From an uncultured Gemmatimonadales bacterium (GTDB lineage Bacteria; Gemmatimonadota; Gemmatimonadetes; Gemmatimonadales; Gemmatimonadaceae), in the NCBI GenBank assembly GCA_963707505.1, contig CAVPQB010000003.1:704001-768000 (forward strand): a stretch of 64,000 nt of DNA. Reading direction: 5' to 3'. The number at the start of each line of letters is the position of its first letter. Position 1 is the stretch's first letter. The translations under genes and the position numbers were made by a program. This document shows positions 9,042 to 18,238 of this stretch, piece by piece. Under the pieces are notes generated by a model that made no database searches, had not been told where the DNA came from, and was given only the letters and a program-made list of their open reading frames with translations.

Positions 9042-9644
9042 CTACCTCGTCTTGCGACTTCCGGATACGTATTCGTTCCCGGTAACAAACCAGCGCAGCG
9101 GCCAGTCCGCTGCGTGCCGGATACCGATGCGCGGCGTTACTGTCACGGCGGAATCCGGATAGGATATGTACTCGCGAACCACCAGCGAGCCGTGTTGCAA
9201 CGACTGCCGGTTCATTGCTCCGGTAATGCCCATCGCGAGACACAACTTCCCGGGACCGTTGGTCAGTTCGCGGTCACGATGGGCATGCGGCCGCCGGTGA
9301 CGCATCAGCGACATCCCTTCTACTGGCTCGACAGCGCGAACGAGCACCGCGCTTGGCAGTCCCGCTGCGCGCGTAACTGCGTTGACGCACCAGTACATGC
9401 CATAGATGAAATACACGTACGCGATCCCGCCGCGCTCATACAATGGCGCGGTTCGCGCCGTCAGGCCAGCGGCTGCGTGGCATGCTGCATCGTGCTCGCC
9501 GACGTACGCTTCGGTCTCGACGATGATTCCACTCGTGGTTCCCTCGGACGTTTTGCACTGCAGCAACGTACCGAGCATGGCGCGGGCTACGATCTCGGTG
9601 TCGCGCTCGTAGAAACTCGCGGGGATGATGCGTCCTGGCTTCAC
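9042..9644 (-). CDS. mpg: DNA-3-methyladenine glycosylase (MPG/AAG family)
   Basis: IVETEAY, AYVYFIYGMY.C.N, AVLVRAVEP, NGPGKLC, TPRIGI, PLRW. Confidence 0.95.
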   Translation of the reverse strand: MKPGRIIPASFYERDTEIVARAMLGTLLQCKTSEGTTSGIIVETEAYVGEHDAACHAAAGLTARTAPLYERGGIAYVYFIYGMYWCVNAVTRAAGLPSAVLVRAVEPVEGMSLMRHRRPHAHRDRELTNGPGKLCLAMGITGAMNRQSLQHGSLVVREYISYPDSAVTVTPRIGIRHAADWPLRWFVTGNEYVSGSRKTR

Positions 9645-9683
9645 GTCACTTCGCGATGTTCATCATTAGTTACATAATGCCGA

Positions 9684-9725
9684 AGAGGGAATCCATGGAC
9701 GAGTAAACGAACATGGATTCCCTCT
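9684..9725. terminator. 14-bp inverted repeat downstream of the NYN gene (terminator or RNA-stabilising stem)
   Basis: AGAGGGAATCCATG-N14-CATGGATTCCCTCT; U-tract is weak. Confidence 0.5.
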
Positions 9726-9758
9726 CTGGTGATTACAACGACTCGTCTGAGGCAGCAG

Positions 9759-11597
9759 CTACTTTCTGCCGGCGGTCTTCTTTCTGGCCGACTTCGCCGC
9801 TGCCTTTGCGACCGGCTTGGCGACTGGCTTGGCGGGAGCAGCGGCCTTCGGCGGGCGGGCGGCGACCTTCTTGACCGCAGCCTTGCGTCCACGCGCTGGC
9901 TTTGCAGGTACCGCCGGCGGCGCAATCGCAACTGCTTCTGCTGCGGATGCTACAGCGGCGGGCGCCGGCACAGATGATACAGCTGGCGTGTCATAATCCA
10001 CCACGCCGACGGACAGAAGGTCCATTGGAACTGCTGGTGTCTTTGGACCGGGGTGGCGGCCCCGTCCGCCGACGCCGCGCGGACCCATCCCACGTGGAGC
10101 GGGAGTCGCGTTCGCGGGAGCCTTGGGCGCGTTGGCAATCGCAGCTGCGCCGAGCTGATCCACGATTGGAGCAGCAACAACGGCTGGCCGCACTTCGTAG
10201 TCATCGCCGCGACGTCGCAGATCGATAATATCGGAGTCGTGCGCGTCCTTGAGGATCCGCGTGAAGTTGCGCTCGCTCAGGCTCTCGCTGTCTCTGCCGA
10301 GCAGCTCGTGCGCAACTCGGCGAACGTCGCTGGCGCGTGTGTTACCGCCATGCGTCGCGATGTATTCTACGGCGCGGCGCATCAGATCGAATGCTTCGTC
10401 GCGGGTGAGCCGTGTGCCGGATGCACCGATTCCGTCGCCGCTCAGCGCAGCTGGTGGCTGCGTAGCGACTGGCTGCGTGTCAACTGGCTCTGCAACCGCC
10501 TCAGGCGCGCGCGGTGTTGCGGCGGCGGCGGGGGCGACGTGCGCGGCGAACGACAACTCGGACTGCGCGGGCGCTGCCGGTGCTTCGACTACCGCGTGTT
10601 CTGCTGTCGCGGTGGTCTCGGGATGCTCGCCGCGCGGACGACGCTCTTCACGATCGCGGCCACGTCCGCCGCGACCGCGACGGCTGCGCGGCTCACGCGC
10701 GGGCGCTGCGGCACCGGCTGCTGTTGCAGGCGCGGCGGCAGTCGAGCCTTCGGCCGGCGCTTCGGTGGCGGCTCCAGCTTTCGGGAGATCGACTTCGAGC
10801 TGCCCGTTGTCCATCTTGTGCGAGGCGAGAATCCCGCGGTGCGCAGCTTCCTGCACGAAGCGAGTGAACTTGGACATGCCGAGGTTCTTCTCGTCGAACG
10901 AGCTGTCGATCTGCTGCATCACCTGCTTGAGGCGATCGGCGCGCATCACGTCGCCGTTGCGCTTCATTCGCTGTACCGCTTCGCCAGCCAGCTGGCACGG
11001 ATCCCACTTGGCGACTTCTTCCTCGCGTGTGTTCACCAGACCGGCGAGCGCGTTGTAGCTGTAGTACTCGTCGCAATTCTGAACCAGCAGATCGCTGGAC
11101 GATTCACGAATGCCGACGCCGATGACGTACTTGCCGTATTCCTTGAGCTTGATGACGAGACTCGAGAAGTCGCTGTCACCGCTGAGAAGAATGAACGTGC
11201 CGATCTCGGGTCGCGTGAACACGAGCTCGAGGGCGTCGATCGCGAGTCTGATGTCGGTGGCGTTCTTCTTGGATGAGCCGTAGGCCGGCGCGAAGATCAG
11301 ATCGATCGAGGATTCCGACAGCGGGACGATGTACTGCGGGTATCGTCGCCAGTCGGCGTAGGCGCGCTGGACCGATACCTTTCCCTTTACGATGTCCGAT
11401 GAGAGGAGGCTGCGGAGCTCGGCGTTCAGATCCGAGCGAATTCCCATCGTGACGTTGTCGAAATCGATGAGAAGAGCGGCGTTTGGAGCGTGGAAGGCGC
11501 CTCCGGAAGCGGAGAGCGTTGCGGCCTGCGGGCCGCGATGCACCGGCGCTACCGGGCCGCGAGCTGCGACCGGGGGCCGGATGTGACGAGGTGGCAT
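9759..11597 (-). CDS. NYN (LabA/DUF88, PIN-like) domain protein with OST-HTH/LOTUS-like domains and disordered linkers
   Basis: LIDFDNV, RAYADW, KNATDIRLAID, SGDSDF, GKYVIGVG, CDEYYSY; FDEKNLGMSKF is LOTUS-like. Confidence 0.9.
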   Translation of the reverse strand: MPPRHIRPPVAARGPVAPVHRGPQAATLSASGGAFHAPNAALLIDFDNVTMGIRSDLNAELRSLLSSDIVKGKVSVQRAYADWRRYPQYIVPLSESSIDLIFAPAYGSSKKNATDIRLAIDALELVFTRPEIGTFILLSGDSDFSSLVIKLKEYGKYVIGVGIRESSSDLLVQNCDEYYSYNALAGLVNTREEEVAKWDPCQLAGEAVQRMKRNGDVMRADRLKQVMQQIDSSFDEKNLGMSKFTRFVQEAAHRGILASHKMDNGQLEVDLPKAGAATEAPAEGSTAAAPATAAGAAAPAREPRSRRGRGGRGRDREERRPRGEHPETTATAEHAVVEAPAAPAQSELSFAAHVAPAAAATPRAPEAVAEPVDTQPVATQPPAALSGDGIGASGTRLTRDEAFDLMRRAVEYIATHGGNTRASDVRRVAHELLGRDSESLSERNFTRILKDAHDSDIIDLRRRGDDYEVRPAVVAAPIVDQLGAAAIANAPKAPANATPAPRGMGPRGVGGRGRHPGPKTPAVPMDLLSVGVVDYDTPAVSSVPAPAAVASAAEAVAIAPPAVPAKPARGRKAAVKKVAARPPKAAAPAKPVAKPVAKAAAKSARKKTAGRK

Positions 11598-11706
11598 ACG
11601 TTCGGTTTTGAGTTTTCACTGCGCGCGACTTCAGGTGCCGGTGCCGGGGCTTTAGCCGTGGCAGCGGATCCTCGAAGTCGCGCAATCCCCTGTAATTTAC
11701 AAGGTC

Positions 11707-12930
11707 ATGCCCCCGAAGCAACTGCACTACCGTACGCGACTATTTCTGATCCTGTCACTTTTCGCGCTGGTGCCGGCGGCTTTGCTGACCGTTTTGTGGG
11801 GCGTCACGCTCGGCAGCGCGCTCCCAATCGTGACCGGCCGCGCAGGCTGGGACAGCGTGGCAGCAACGGGCCGCCGCGCGATCGCGGCGGCCGAAACGGC
11901 CCCGCTCAACCGAAAACAGCGAGCTGCATTCAGCGAGCATGAACGTGAATTGGGTGCCTCGTTGGAGCAGGCTGAGCGCTTCAATTACCTGGTTCGGCGC
12001 GGTGCGGAGGTCGTGGTGGTATCATCGATCATCGTTCTTGCGGCGATCGGATTCGGCGCTTCGCGCGTTGCGGGACATCTCAGCAGACAGTTGAGCAGGC
12101 CGATCGACGAGCTGGTCGACTGGACCGAGCTCATAAGGCGTGGCGAGCAGTTGCCGTCAGCGCCGCGAAGGCGTGGCGCCCCTGAATTCGAGATACTTCG
12201 CCAGAGACTCAAGATGGCCGCCGTGGCGCTCGATCTTGGCCGTCAACGCGCCGTCGAGGCGGAGCGTCTCCGCGCATTTCGCGAGAGCGCGCGCCAGGTT
12301 GCGCACGAGCTCAAGAATCCCCTGACGCCCATTCGCTTCGCGATCGATCGTCTGCGTCGCGGTGCACCGCCCGAGCTCGCCGAAACGGTGGAAGTTCTCG
12401 CGATCGAAACGGAGCGGCTCGAGCGCACCGCGCGCAGCTTCGCGCAGTTCGGACGCCTGCCGGAAGGCCCACCATCGCAGATCGACATCGGCGAGCTTGT
12501 GCGATACGCGGCGACCGTGACGGTTCCACCCACCATGACGCTGGACCTGACGGTCGCGGAGGGACTTCCAATGATACTGGGGTATCACGACGCGCTCGCC
12601 GGCGCGGTATCCAACGTGCTGCTCAATGCAGTCGATGCGTGCGAGGGCAAGGGCAAGCTGACGGTTCGGGTGTCCGAATCGTCTCTGCAGGGCAAGCAAG
12701 CAGTCAATATTCAGATAGAGGACAACGGCCCCGGAATCGGCGCTCAGCAATTGAAACGCATCTGGGAGCCGTACGTGACTAATAAGGCAGGCGGTACCGG
12801 ACTCGGACTCGCGATCGCGCGTCAGGCCGTGTGGGCACACGACGGATCGGTGTCCGCGCACAGCGACGTTGGAACGGGCACCAGGATCGAGTTCACCCTT
12901 CCGATTGATGCCTTGATGGCGGAGACTTGA
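11707..12930 (+). CDS. Membrane sensor histidine kinase (HAMP-HisKA-HATPase; NtrY/NtrB-like)
   Basis: Two hydrophobic segments; AHELKNPLTPI H-box, NVLLNA, DNGPGI, GTGLGL. Confidence 0.93.
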   Translation: MPPKQLHYRTRLFLILSLFALVPAALLTVLWGVTLGSALPIVTGRAGWDSVAATGRRAIAAAETAPLNRKQRAAFSEHERELGASLEQAERFNYLVRRGAEVVVVSSIIVLAAIGFGASRVAGHLSRQLSRPIDELVDWTELIRRGEQLPSAPRRRGAPEFEILRQRLKMAAVALDLGRQRAVEAERLRAFRESARQVAHELKNPLTPIRFAIDRLRRGAPPELAETVEVLAIETERLERTARSFAQFGRLPEGPPSQIDIGELVRYAATVTVPPTMTLDLTVAEGLPMILGYHDALAGAVSNVLLNAVDACEGKGKLTVRVSESSLQGKQAVNIQIEDNGPGIGAQQLKRIWEPYVTNKAGGTGLGLAIARQAVWAHDGSVSAHSDVGTGTRIEFTLPIDALMAET

Positions 12931-13226
12931 TGATGGACAAGGATGTCTTTGGAGCACTCATCGGTGGCATATGCTTCGTGTCGGTGACAACGGTTCTGCC
13001 ATTGTGCGTCATGTACCTGCGTCGCGGTAATCGGACAAAGGAACAACAGTCGCAATTACCGGTCGCTGATATCGTGGCGCGCCTGGAGAGAATCGAGACG
13101 GGAATGGAATCAATGTCCGCTGAGATCGAGCGCATAGGTGAGGGACAGCGCTTCACCACCAGACTGTTGAACGAGCGCGATCCGCGCATGCTCGAGAACG
13201 TGGACGCCGCAACACGGAGAGTTTGA
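12930..13226 (+). CDS. Small single-TM membrane protein with coiled-coil tail, paralog 1
   Basis: N-terminal TM; RLERIE..EIERIGEGQRFTTRLL; TGATG overlap with the kinase stop. Confidence 0.8.
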   Translation: MMDKDVFGALIGGICFVSVTTVLPLCVMYLRRGNRTKEQQSQLPVADIVARLERIETGMESMSAEIERIGEGQRFTTRLLNERDPRMLENVDAATRRV

Positions 13227-13227
13227 C

Positions 13228-13584
13228 ATGGGTCCAGACGTAGTAGTACCGGTCAGCGGAATGCTGATGATACTCGGCATCGTGCTGGGAATACCACTCG
13301 TGCGGAGCTACACGAGACGTGTAGAATCGCGACCGGCGCGCGATGCGCTTCCGACGGGCGAGCTCTTCACGCGCCTCGACAGAATCGAGCAGTCCATCGA
13401 AGCGATGGCAACGGAGGTCGAGCGCATTGCTGAAGGGCAGCGGTTCACGACCAAGCTGCTTTCCGAAGTCCGTACGAGTCCACCGCCCGCGCTGGCCGCG
13501 GCGGTATCCAGTGCGCCCGCGCCTGCCGCTCCGCCGATGCAGCCGGACGGAACCGTCCTGTCCGAAGCTGCGCGACGGTCCTGA
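13228..13584 (+). CDS. Small single-TM membrane protein with coiled-coil tail, paralog 2
   Basis: N-terminal TM; RLDRIE..EVERIAEGQRFTTKLL. Confidence 0.8.
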   Translation: MGPDVVVPVSGMLMILGIVLGIPLVRSYTRRVESRPARDALPTGELFTRLDRIEQSIEAMATEVERIAEGQRFTTKLLSEVRTSPPPALAAAVSSAPAPAAPPMQPDGTVLSEAARRS

Positions 13585-13590
13585 CACAGC

Positions 13591-16314
13591 GTGCAGCGCG
13601 TACTGATCGTTGACGACGAGCCGAACATTCGCCGGATGGTCGGGGCGCTCCTCGCCGCTGAAGGATATGAGGTGCGCGAAGCCGCCGATGGTGCCGCCGG
13701 AGTAAGAGCGGTTGAAGAGGAGGAACCGGACGTCGCGTTGATAGATCTCATGATGCCCGGTGGCATGGACGGCATCGCCACCCTTGCGAAGATTCGCGAG
13801 CGCTGGTCCGATCTTCCGGTGATCATGATGAGCGGCCGCGCATCGCTCAGTGACGCAGTGCGCGCAACCAAAGTCGGCGCGGTGAACTTCCTGGAGAAAC
13901 CACTCGCTCCCGAGACGGTTCTTCTTGCGCTCGGCTCCGCGCTCGAGCTGAGACAGGCGCGCCGCGCGGCACGCGTGCTGCGCGCCGAGCTTGGCCGCAC
14001 CGGCGAGATGGTCGGATCGAGCAGCACGATGGTCCGTGTTCGCGAACTCACGGCGCGCGTCGCACTGAGCGATGCGCGCGTCCTGATCAGCGGTGAGTCT
14101 GGAACCGGAAAGGAACTCGTCGCAGCCGCGATCCACGAGCATGGCCCACGCCGCGATCGTCCGTTCGTGCGTGTGAACTGCGCCGCGATTCCGCGCGATC
14201 TCGTGGAGAGTGAGATGTTCGGCCACGAGAAGGGATCGTTCACGGGCGCCGCCGAGCGTCGCATCGGCAAGTTCGAGCTGGCCGACACGGGAACCCTGTT
14301 TCTCGACGAGATCGGTGATCTCAGCATGGAAGCGCAGGCCAAGCTTCTGCGCGCTATCGAGGCGAAGGAGATTCAACGCGTTGGCGGAAACAAGACCATC
14401 AAGGTCGATGTGCGCATCATCGCAGCCACCAACCACGATCTTGCAAAGGCAGTGGGCGACGGTGAGTTTCGCGAGGATCTCTACTTTCGGCTGAACGTCA
14501 TTCCGATCCACCTGCCGCCGCTGCGCGAGCGAGGAAACGATGTGGTCGAGCTGATTCACCATTTTTCCGAAATCCAGCATCAGCGCACGGGCCGCCCCAC
14601 GCTCACATGGTCTGGCGACGCCGAGGCGCGCATGCGATCGTATGCGTGGCCCGGCAATGTACGCGAGCTGGCGAACATTGTGGAACGGCTCGCGATTCTC
14701 AGCAATGACGCCCACATTACGAACGGAGACATCGCCGCGGTACTCCCACCCCCGCGTGACACGAACGCCGCGAACGCCGCCATCTCGGATGATCGCGGCC
14801 TCACGGATACGCTGGACGACATGGAGCGGCGGATGATCGCCGACGCGCTGGCGTGGGCGTCCGGAAACGTTGCGGAGGCAGCGCGCCGGTTGCAAACCGA
14901 TCGCGCAAACCTGTATCGTCGCATGAAGCGGCTTGGCATGGCTGCGACCGTGCTGGCGATCTGTTCGTTGTCGCTACTGGCCGCGCTATCAGCTTCGCCC
15001 CGAACGCTCGCCGCTCAGACCATTCCGACGAAGAGAGATACGACGATTAGCGATACCACGACCGTCTACGACTATCGCAACACGGACGATCGCCCATACG
15101 TGCATCTCGAGCCAAGTCTGTCGTCGGGTAAAACGTACAATCGGGTCGAAGGACTGTCGGTTTTATTCGGACCCGCTCTCACGATCGAAACGCCAAAGTT
15201 CGCGCTGGACGGAACGGCGTACCTCATCGCGCGTACCGCGCGCGGTTTCAGCACTGCCGAGCCGGACGGCGGACACGACCTTCGGATCAGAACGCGCTTT
15301 GGTCCGGATAAATCGATTGGGCTCGAGGGACGTCTGTACAGCGTTATCTCGCCGATCGAAGCCTGGCAGCTGACCGAGCCGGAAGAGGGCCTGGCATCGT
15401 TTCTTCTTCGCCGCGATTACCGTGATTACTACGGCCGACATGGCGGACAGATCAGTGCTTCGTGGACATTCAGTCGAAAGGCAGCGTTCTCCGCCGGCTA
15501 CGCGTTGGAACGCTGGACCACCGCCGACGAGGAGAATCCATTCACCCTGTTTCGTCCCAATGCACGGTGGCGGCAAAATCCGGCGGTCGACGAGGGTGCC
15601 TTTCATCTTCTGACCTTCAGCGGCACGTTCGATACACGCAACGACGAGCGGGAACCAAGCGGTGGATGGTATCTCACCGGTACGTTCGAGCACGGCTCGA
15701 GCCCATCGGCGATACTCGTGCCGCGAGCTCAGAATCCGGTTCCTTCCGGAATTTCGTCGCCGCCGCAACCGATCTCATACGGTCGGGTGTTCTTCGATCT
15801 GCGGCGTTACAACCGAGTCTCTCCGCGCACACAGCTGGACGGCAGGATCGTTGCTGGCGGCTGGGTTAGCGGCGACGAGCTACCACTGGAGCGAAAGCTT
15901 TCCGTGACAGGTCCAGGAGTACTGCCCGGATACGAATTCCGCGAGACGCAGGATGGACCCGACGTGATGCAGTGCGCGGCTCGTGGCGTAGTTCCATCGG
16001 ACAATCCCGTCATGTGCGATCGCATCGTACTCGGTCAGCTCGAGCTGCGGACACAACTTGCCTCACACCCGTTCGACATCTTCAACACACCCGCACTGCG
16101 TCTGCGCAGTGTCGGATTTACCGCAAGCCCCGTCGGTGTGTTCTTCGTCGATGTCGGCCGCGGCTGGCGCACCACGACGCCATGGCCATCCAGTTACAAG
16201 GCTGACGTCGGTGCGGGACTCGATCTCGGGCTCATCGGAGCGTATGTCGCGAAGGCGGTGACGGACGGGGGCGAACCGCTACGCTTCTTCGTACGCATAC
16301 GACGCAGATTCTGA
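13591..16314 (+). CDS. Sigma54-dependent response regulator (REC-AAA+-HTH) continuous in frame with an Omp85/BamA-TamA-like outer-membrane barrel starting at Met450 (nt 14938)
   Basis: VDDE/DLMMPG receiver; GESGTGKE, GSFTGA, LFLDEI, FREDLYFRL, WPGNVREL, Fis-type HTH; then signal-like MAATVLAICSLSLL..LAA-Q, YNRVEG, beta-strands and terminal Phe. Confidence 0.85.
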   Translation: MQRVLIVDDEPNIRRMVGALLAAEGYEVREAADGAAGVRAVEEEEPDVALIDLMMPGGMDGIATLAKIRERWSDLPVIMMSGRASLSDAVRATKVGAVNFLEKPLAPETVLLALGSALELRQARRAARVLRAELGRTGEMVGSSSTMVRVRELTARVALSDARVLISGESGTGKELVAAAIHEHGPRRDRPFVRVNCAAIPRDLVESEMFGHEKGSFTGAAERRIGKFELADTGTLFLDEIGDLSMEAQAKLLRAIEAKEIQRVGGNKTIKVDVRIIAATNHDLAKAVGDGEFREDLYFRLNVIPIHLPPLRERGNDVVELIHHFSEIQHQRTGRPTLTWSGDAEARMRSYAWPGNVRELANIVERLAILSNDAHITNGDIAAVLPPPRDTNAANAAISDDRGLTDTLDDMERRMIADALAWASGNVAEAARRLQTDRANLYRRMKRLGMAATVLAICSLSLLAALSASPRTLAAQTIPTKRDTTISDTTTVYDYRNTDDRPYVHLEPSLSSGKTYNRVEGLSVLFGPALTIETPKFALDGTAYLIARTARGFSTAEPDGGHDLRIRTRFGPDKSIGLEGRLYSVISPIEAWQLTEPEEGLASFLLRRDYRDYYGRHGGQISASWTFSRKAAFSAGYALERWTTADEENPFTLFRPNARWRQNPAVDEGAFHLLTFSGTFDTRNDEREPSGGWYLTGTFEHGSSPSAILVPRAQNPVPSGISSPPQPISYGRVFFDLRRYNRVSPRTQLDGRIVAGGWVSGDELPLERKLSVTGPGVLPGYEFRETQDGPDVMQCAARGVVPSDNPVMCDRIVLGQLELRTQLASHPFDIFNTPALRLRSVGFTASPVGVFFVDVGRGWRTTTPWPSSYKADVGAGLDLGLIGAYVAKAVTDGGEPLRFFVRIRRRF

Positions 16315-16316
16315 CC

Positions 16317-16955
16317 GTGCGCTGGCTCGCGATCACCGTGCTTGCGACGTGCGTCTTCGCCGGCGTTGGCGCGGCACAATCGGCGCGCGTCGACATCGTT
16401 CTCCCGGCGCGGTCCGATCTCTCGACAGAACCGCCTGAGGTGCGAACGATCGGCGTTCTCGCGGCTGGCAGAACTGCGGAGCTGATACGGAACGGCTTTC
16501 CAGCGCGCCTGCATTACAAGCTCGAGCGCTGGGCGGCCGGCACATTCGTGAATGACGTGAAGGCAACTGCAGAGTGGGAGATGATCGCGCAATATGATCC
16601 GCTCGCCAAAACGTACAAGCTGATTCGCGCGACAACGAAAAATGCGGTAGTGGTGGGCGAATACGCAGAGCTGAGCGACGCGGATGCAAAGCTGGCCGAG
16701 GCGTTCCCTGCCCCGATCTCACCGCCGCGATCGGGCGAGAAGAGTTACTACGCGCTGACGTTGAACGTCGAGGCGATGTCATTGGGCGACCTCGACGAAG
16801 TGCAGCGGTGGCTGCGCGGTGAGCTGAGGCCAGCAGTACGTGGACACCGTAACCCCGGCACCGCGGTAAGCTCCGGCGTGAGAACGCTCGTCGTGCGAAT
16901 CCTGGGTGGCGAGCGCATCATATATCAGGCGAGCACGGGCGTGTTCAAGCCCTAG
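16317..16955 (+). CDS. Exported protein, DUF4390-like
   Basis: Signal peptide; LIRNGFPARLHYKLE and YDPLAKTY resemble DUF4390 proteins found beside NtrY/X-type loci. Confidence 0.6.
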   Translation: MRWLAITVLATCVFAGVGAAQSARVDIVLPARSDLSTEPPEVRTIGVLAAGRTAELIRNGFPARLHYKLERWAAGTFVNDVKATAEWEMIAQYDPLAKTYKLIRATTKNAVVVGEYAELSDADAKLAEAFPAPISPPRSGEKSYYALTLNVEAMSLGDLDEVQRWLRGELRPAVRGHRNPGTAVSSGVRTLVVRILGGERIIYQASTGVFKP

Positions 16956-18231
16956 TGTCGCCGTCCGGAACAGCAAGCGCAACGATGATGTCCATGACGT
17001 TCGTGCCGGTCGGCCCCGTTCGCACGAGCGCACCGATGGATTTCCAGAAGGTGTGAGTGTCGTTTGCCGCGAGCGCGGCGCGTGCATCCAGGCCGTGTCC
17101 GCGCGCCTTGCTGATCGAATCGCCGTCGGCGACGGCGCCGGCAGCATCCGTCGGCCCGTCGATCCCATCGGTTCCCAGTGACACTACGGCAATCCCGGGA
17201 ACCCCATCCATCGCGATTGCAGCGCCCAGTACGAGCTCCTGATTACGCCCACCAACCCCGTTGCCATGGACGGCAACTGTCGTCTCGCCGGCATAGACCA
17301 AGGCAACCTTTTCGCCGACACGCGCACACTCATCTCGCGCGGTCTTCACTATCTCCATACCCACGACACTCGCCTCGCCAGTGAGTGATGTCGTGACAAT
17401 CCGCGCGGCATAGCCGAGTGCCTGCGCCTGTGAACGTGCAGCCTCCGCTGCCGTAACGTTACTGCCGATCACGTAACTCTCCGCATGCCGGAGATGCGGA
17501 TCCTCCGGCTTGGGCGACTCGTCGATTCCGCTCTCCAGATGGGAACGTACGGATGCGGGTACCCTATCCCACACACCACGCGATCGAAGCACAGCGATTG
17601 CGTCGGCGACAGTCGTAGGGTCCGCGACAGTCGGACCCGACGCGATGGTAGCGAGCGAGTCGCCGACGACATCCGACAACACGAACGCAACGACGCGTGC
17701 CGGAAACGCAATTGCAGCAAGACGACCGCCTTTTAGCTGGTCGACGTGCTTTCGGACGCAGTTCAGCTCCTCGATAGTCGCCCCTGCGCGAAGCAGCAAT
17801 GTCGTGGCGCTCGCGATATCGTCGACGGACAGCCCCGAAGCCGGAAGTGTCGTCAATGCAGAGGCCCCCCCGGAGATGAGGCACAGGAGAGTTTCGTTCG
17901 GTCTCAGCGACTCGGCGACCCCGAGAATCGCTCGCGCGCCTTGAGCGCCGCGCCCGTTCGGTATCGGATGACCACCAACGAAGCAGGCGATGGCGGTGGC
18001 GTCGATCGTTACTGGATCTGGTGAGATGACTATACCGCGGCGAACAGACTGGCCGAGCACGCCTGAAGCCGCTGAAGCCATCGCTCCAGCGGCCTTTCCA
18101 ACGGAGACGAGCGATACATCGCCATCAACGCGGTGTTGAGCCAGCGCGCGTCGTACGAGATCCCCCGGGTCGACTGCAGCGATCCCTGCGAGAGCGCAGG
18201 TAACCGCGTCCCTGCGAATCGCCTCGCTCAT
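16945..18231 (-). CDS. Glycerate 2-kinase (DUF4147-MOFRL family)
   Basis: GKAA, GHPIP, LISGGASAL, ELNCVRKH..KGG, SDVVGD..IASGPT, GETTV..GGRNQE, TDGIDG, GPTGTNVMD. Confidence 0.93.
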   Translation of the reverse strand: MSEAIRRDAVTCALAGIAAVDPGDLVRRALAQHRVDGDVSLVSVGKAAGAMASAASGVLGQSVRRGIVISPDPVTIDATAIACFVGGHPIPNGRGAQGARAILGVAESLRPNETLLCLISGGASALTTLPASGLSVDDIASATTLLLRAGATIEELNCVRKHVDQLKGGRLAAIAFPARVVAFVLSDVVGDSLATIASGPTVADPTTVADAIAVLRSRGVWDRVPASVRSHLESGIDESPKPEDPHLRHAESYVIGSNVTAAEAARSQAQALGYAARIVTTSLTGEASVVGMEIVKTARDECARVGEKVALVYAGETTVAVHGNGVGGRNQELVLGAAIAMDGVPGIAVVSLGTDGIDGPTDAAGAVADGDSISKARGHGLDARAALAANDTHTFWKSIGALVRTGPTGTNVMDIIVALAVPDGDTRA

Positions 18232-18238
18232 GCGTGCG

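Noticed and set aside
13153..14895. 580-aa minus-strand ORF
   Set aside because: Antisense to the sigma54 regulator; a common shadow ORF of this family
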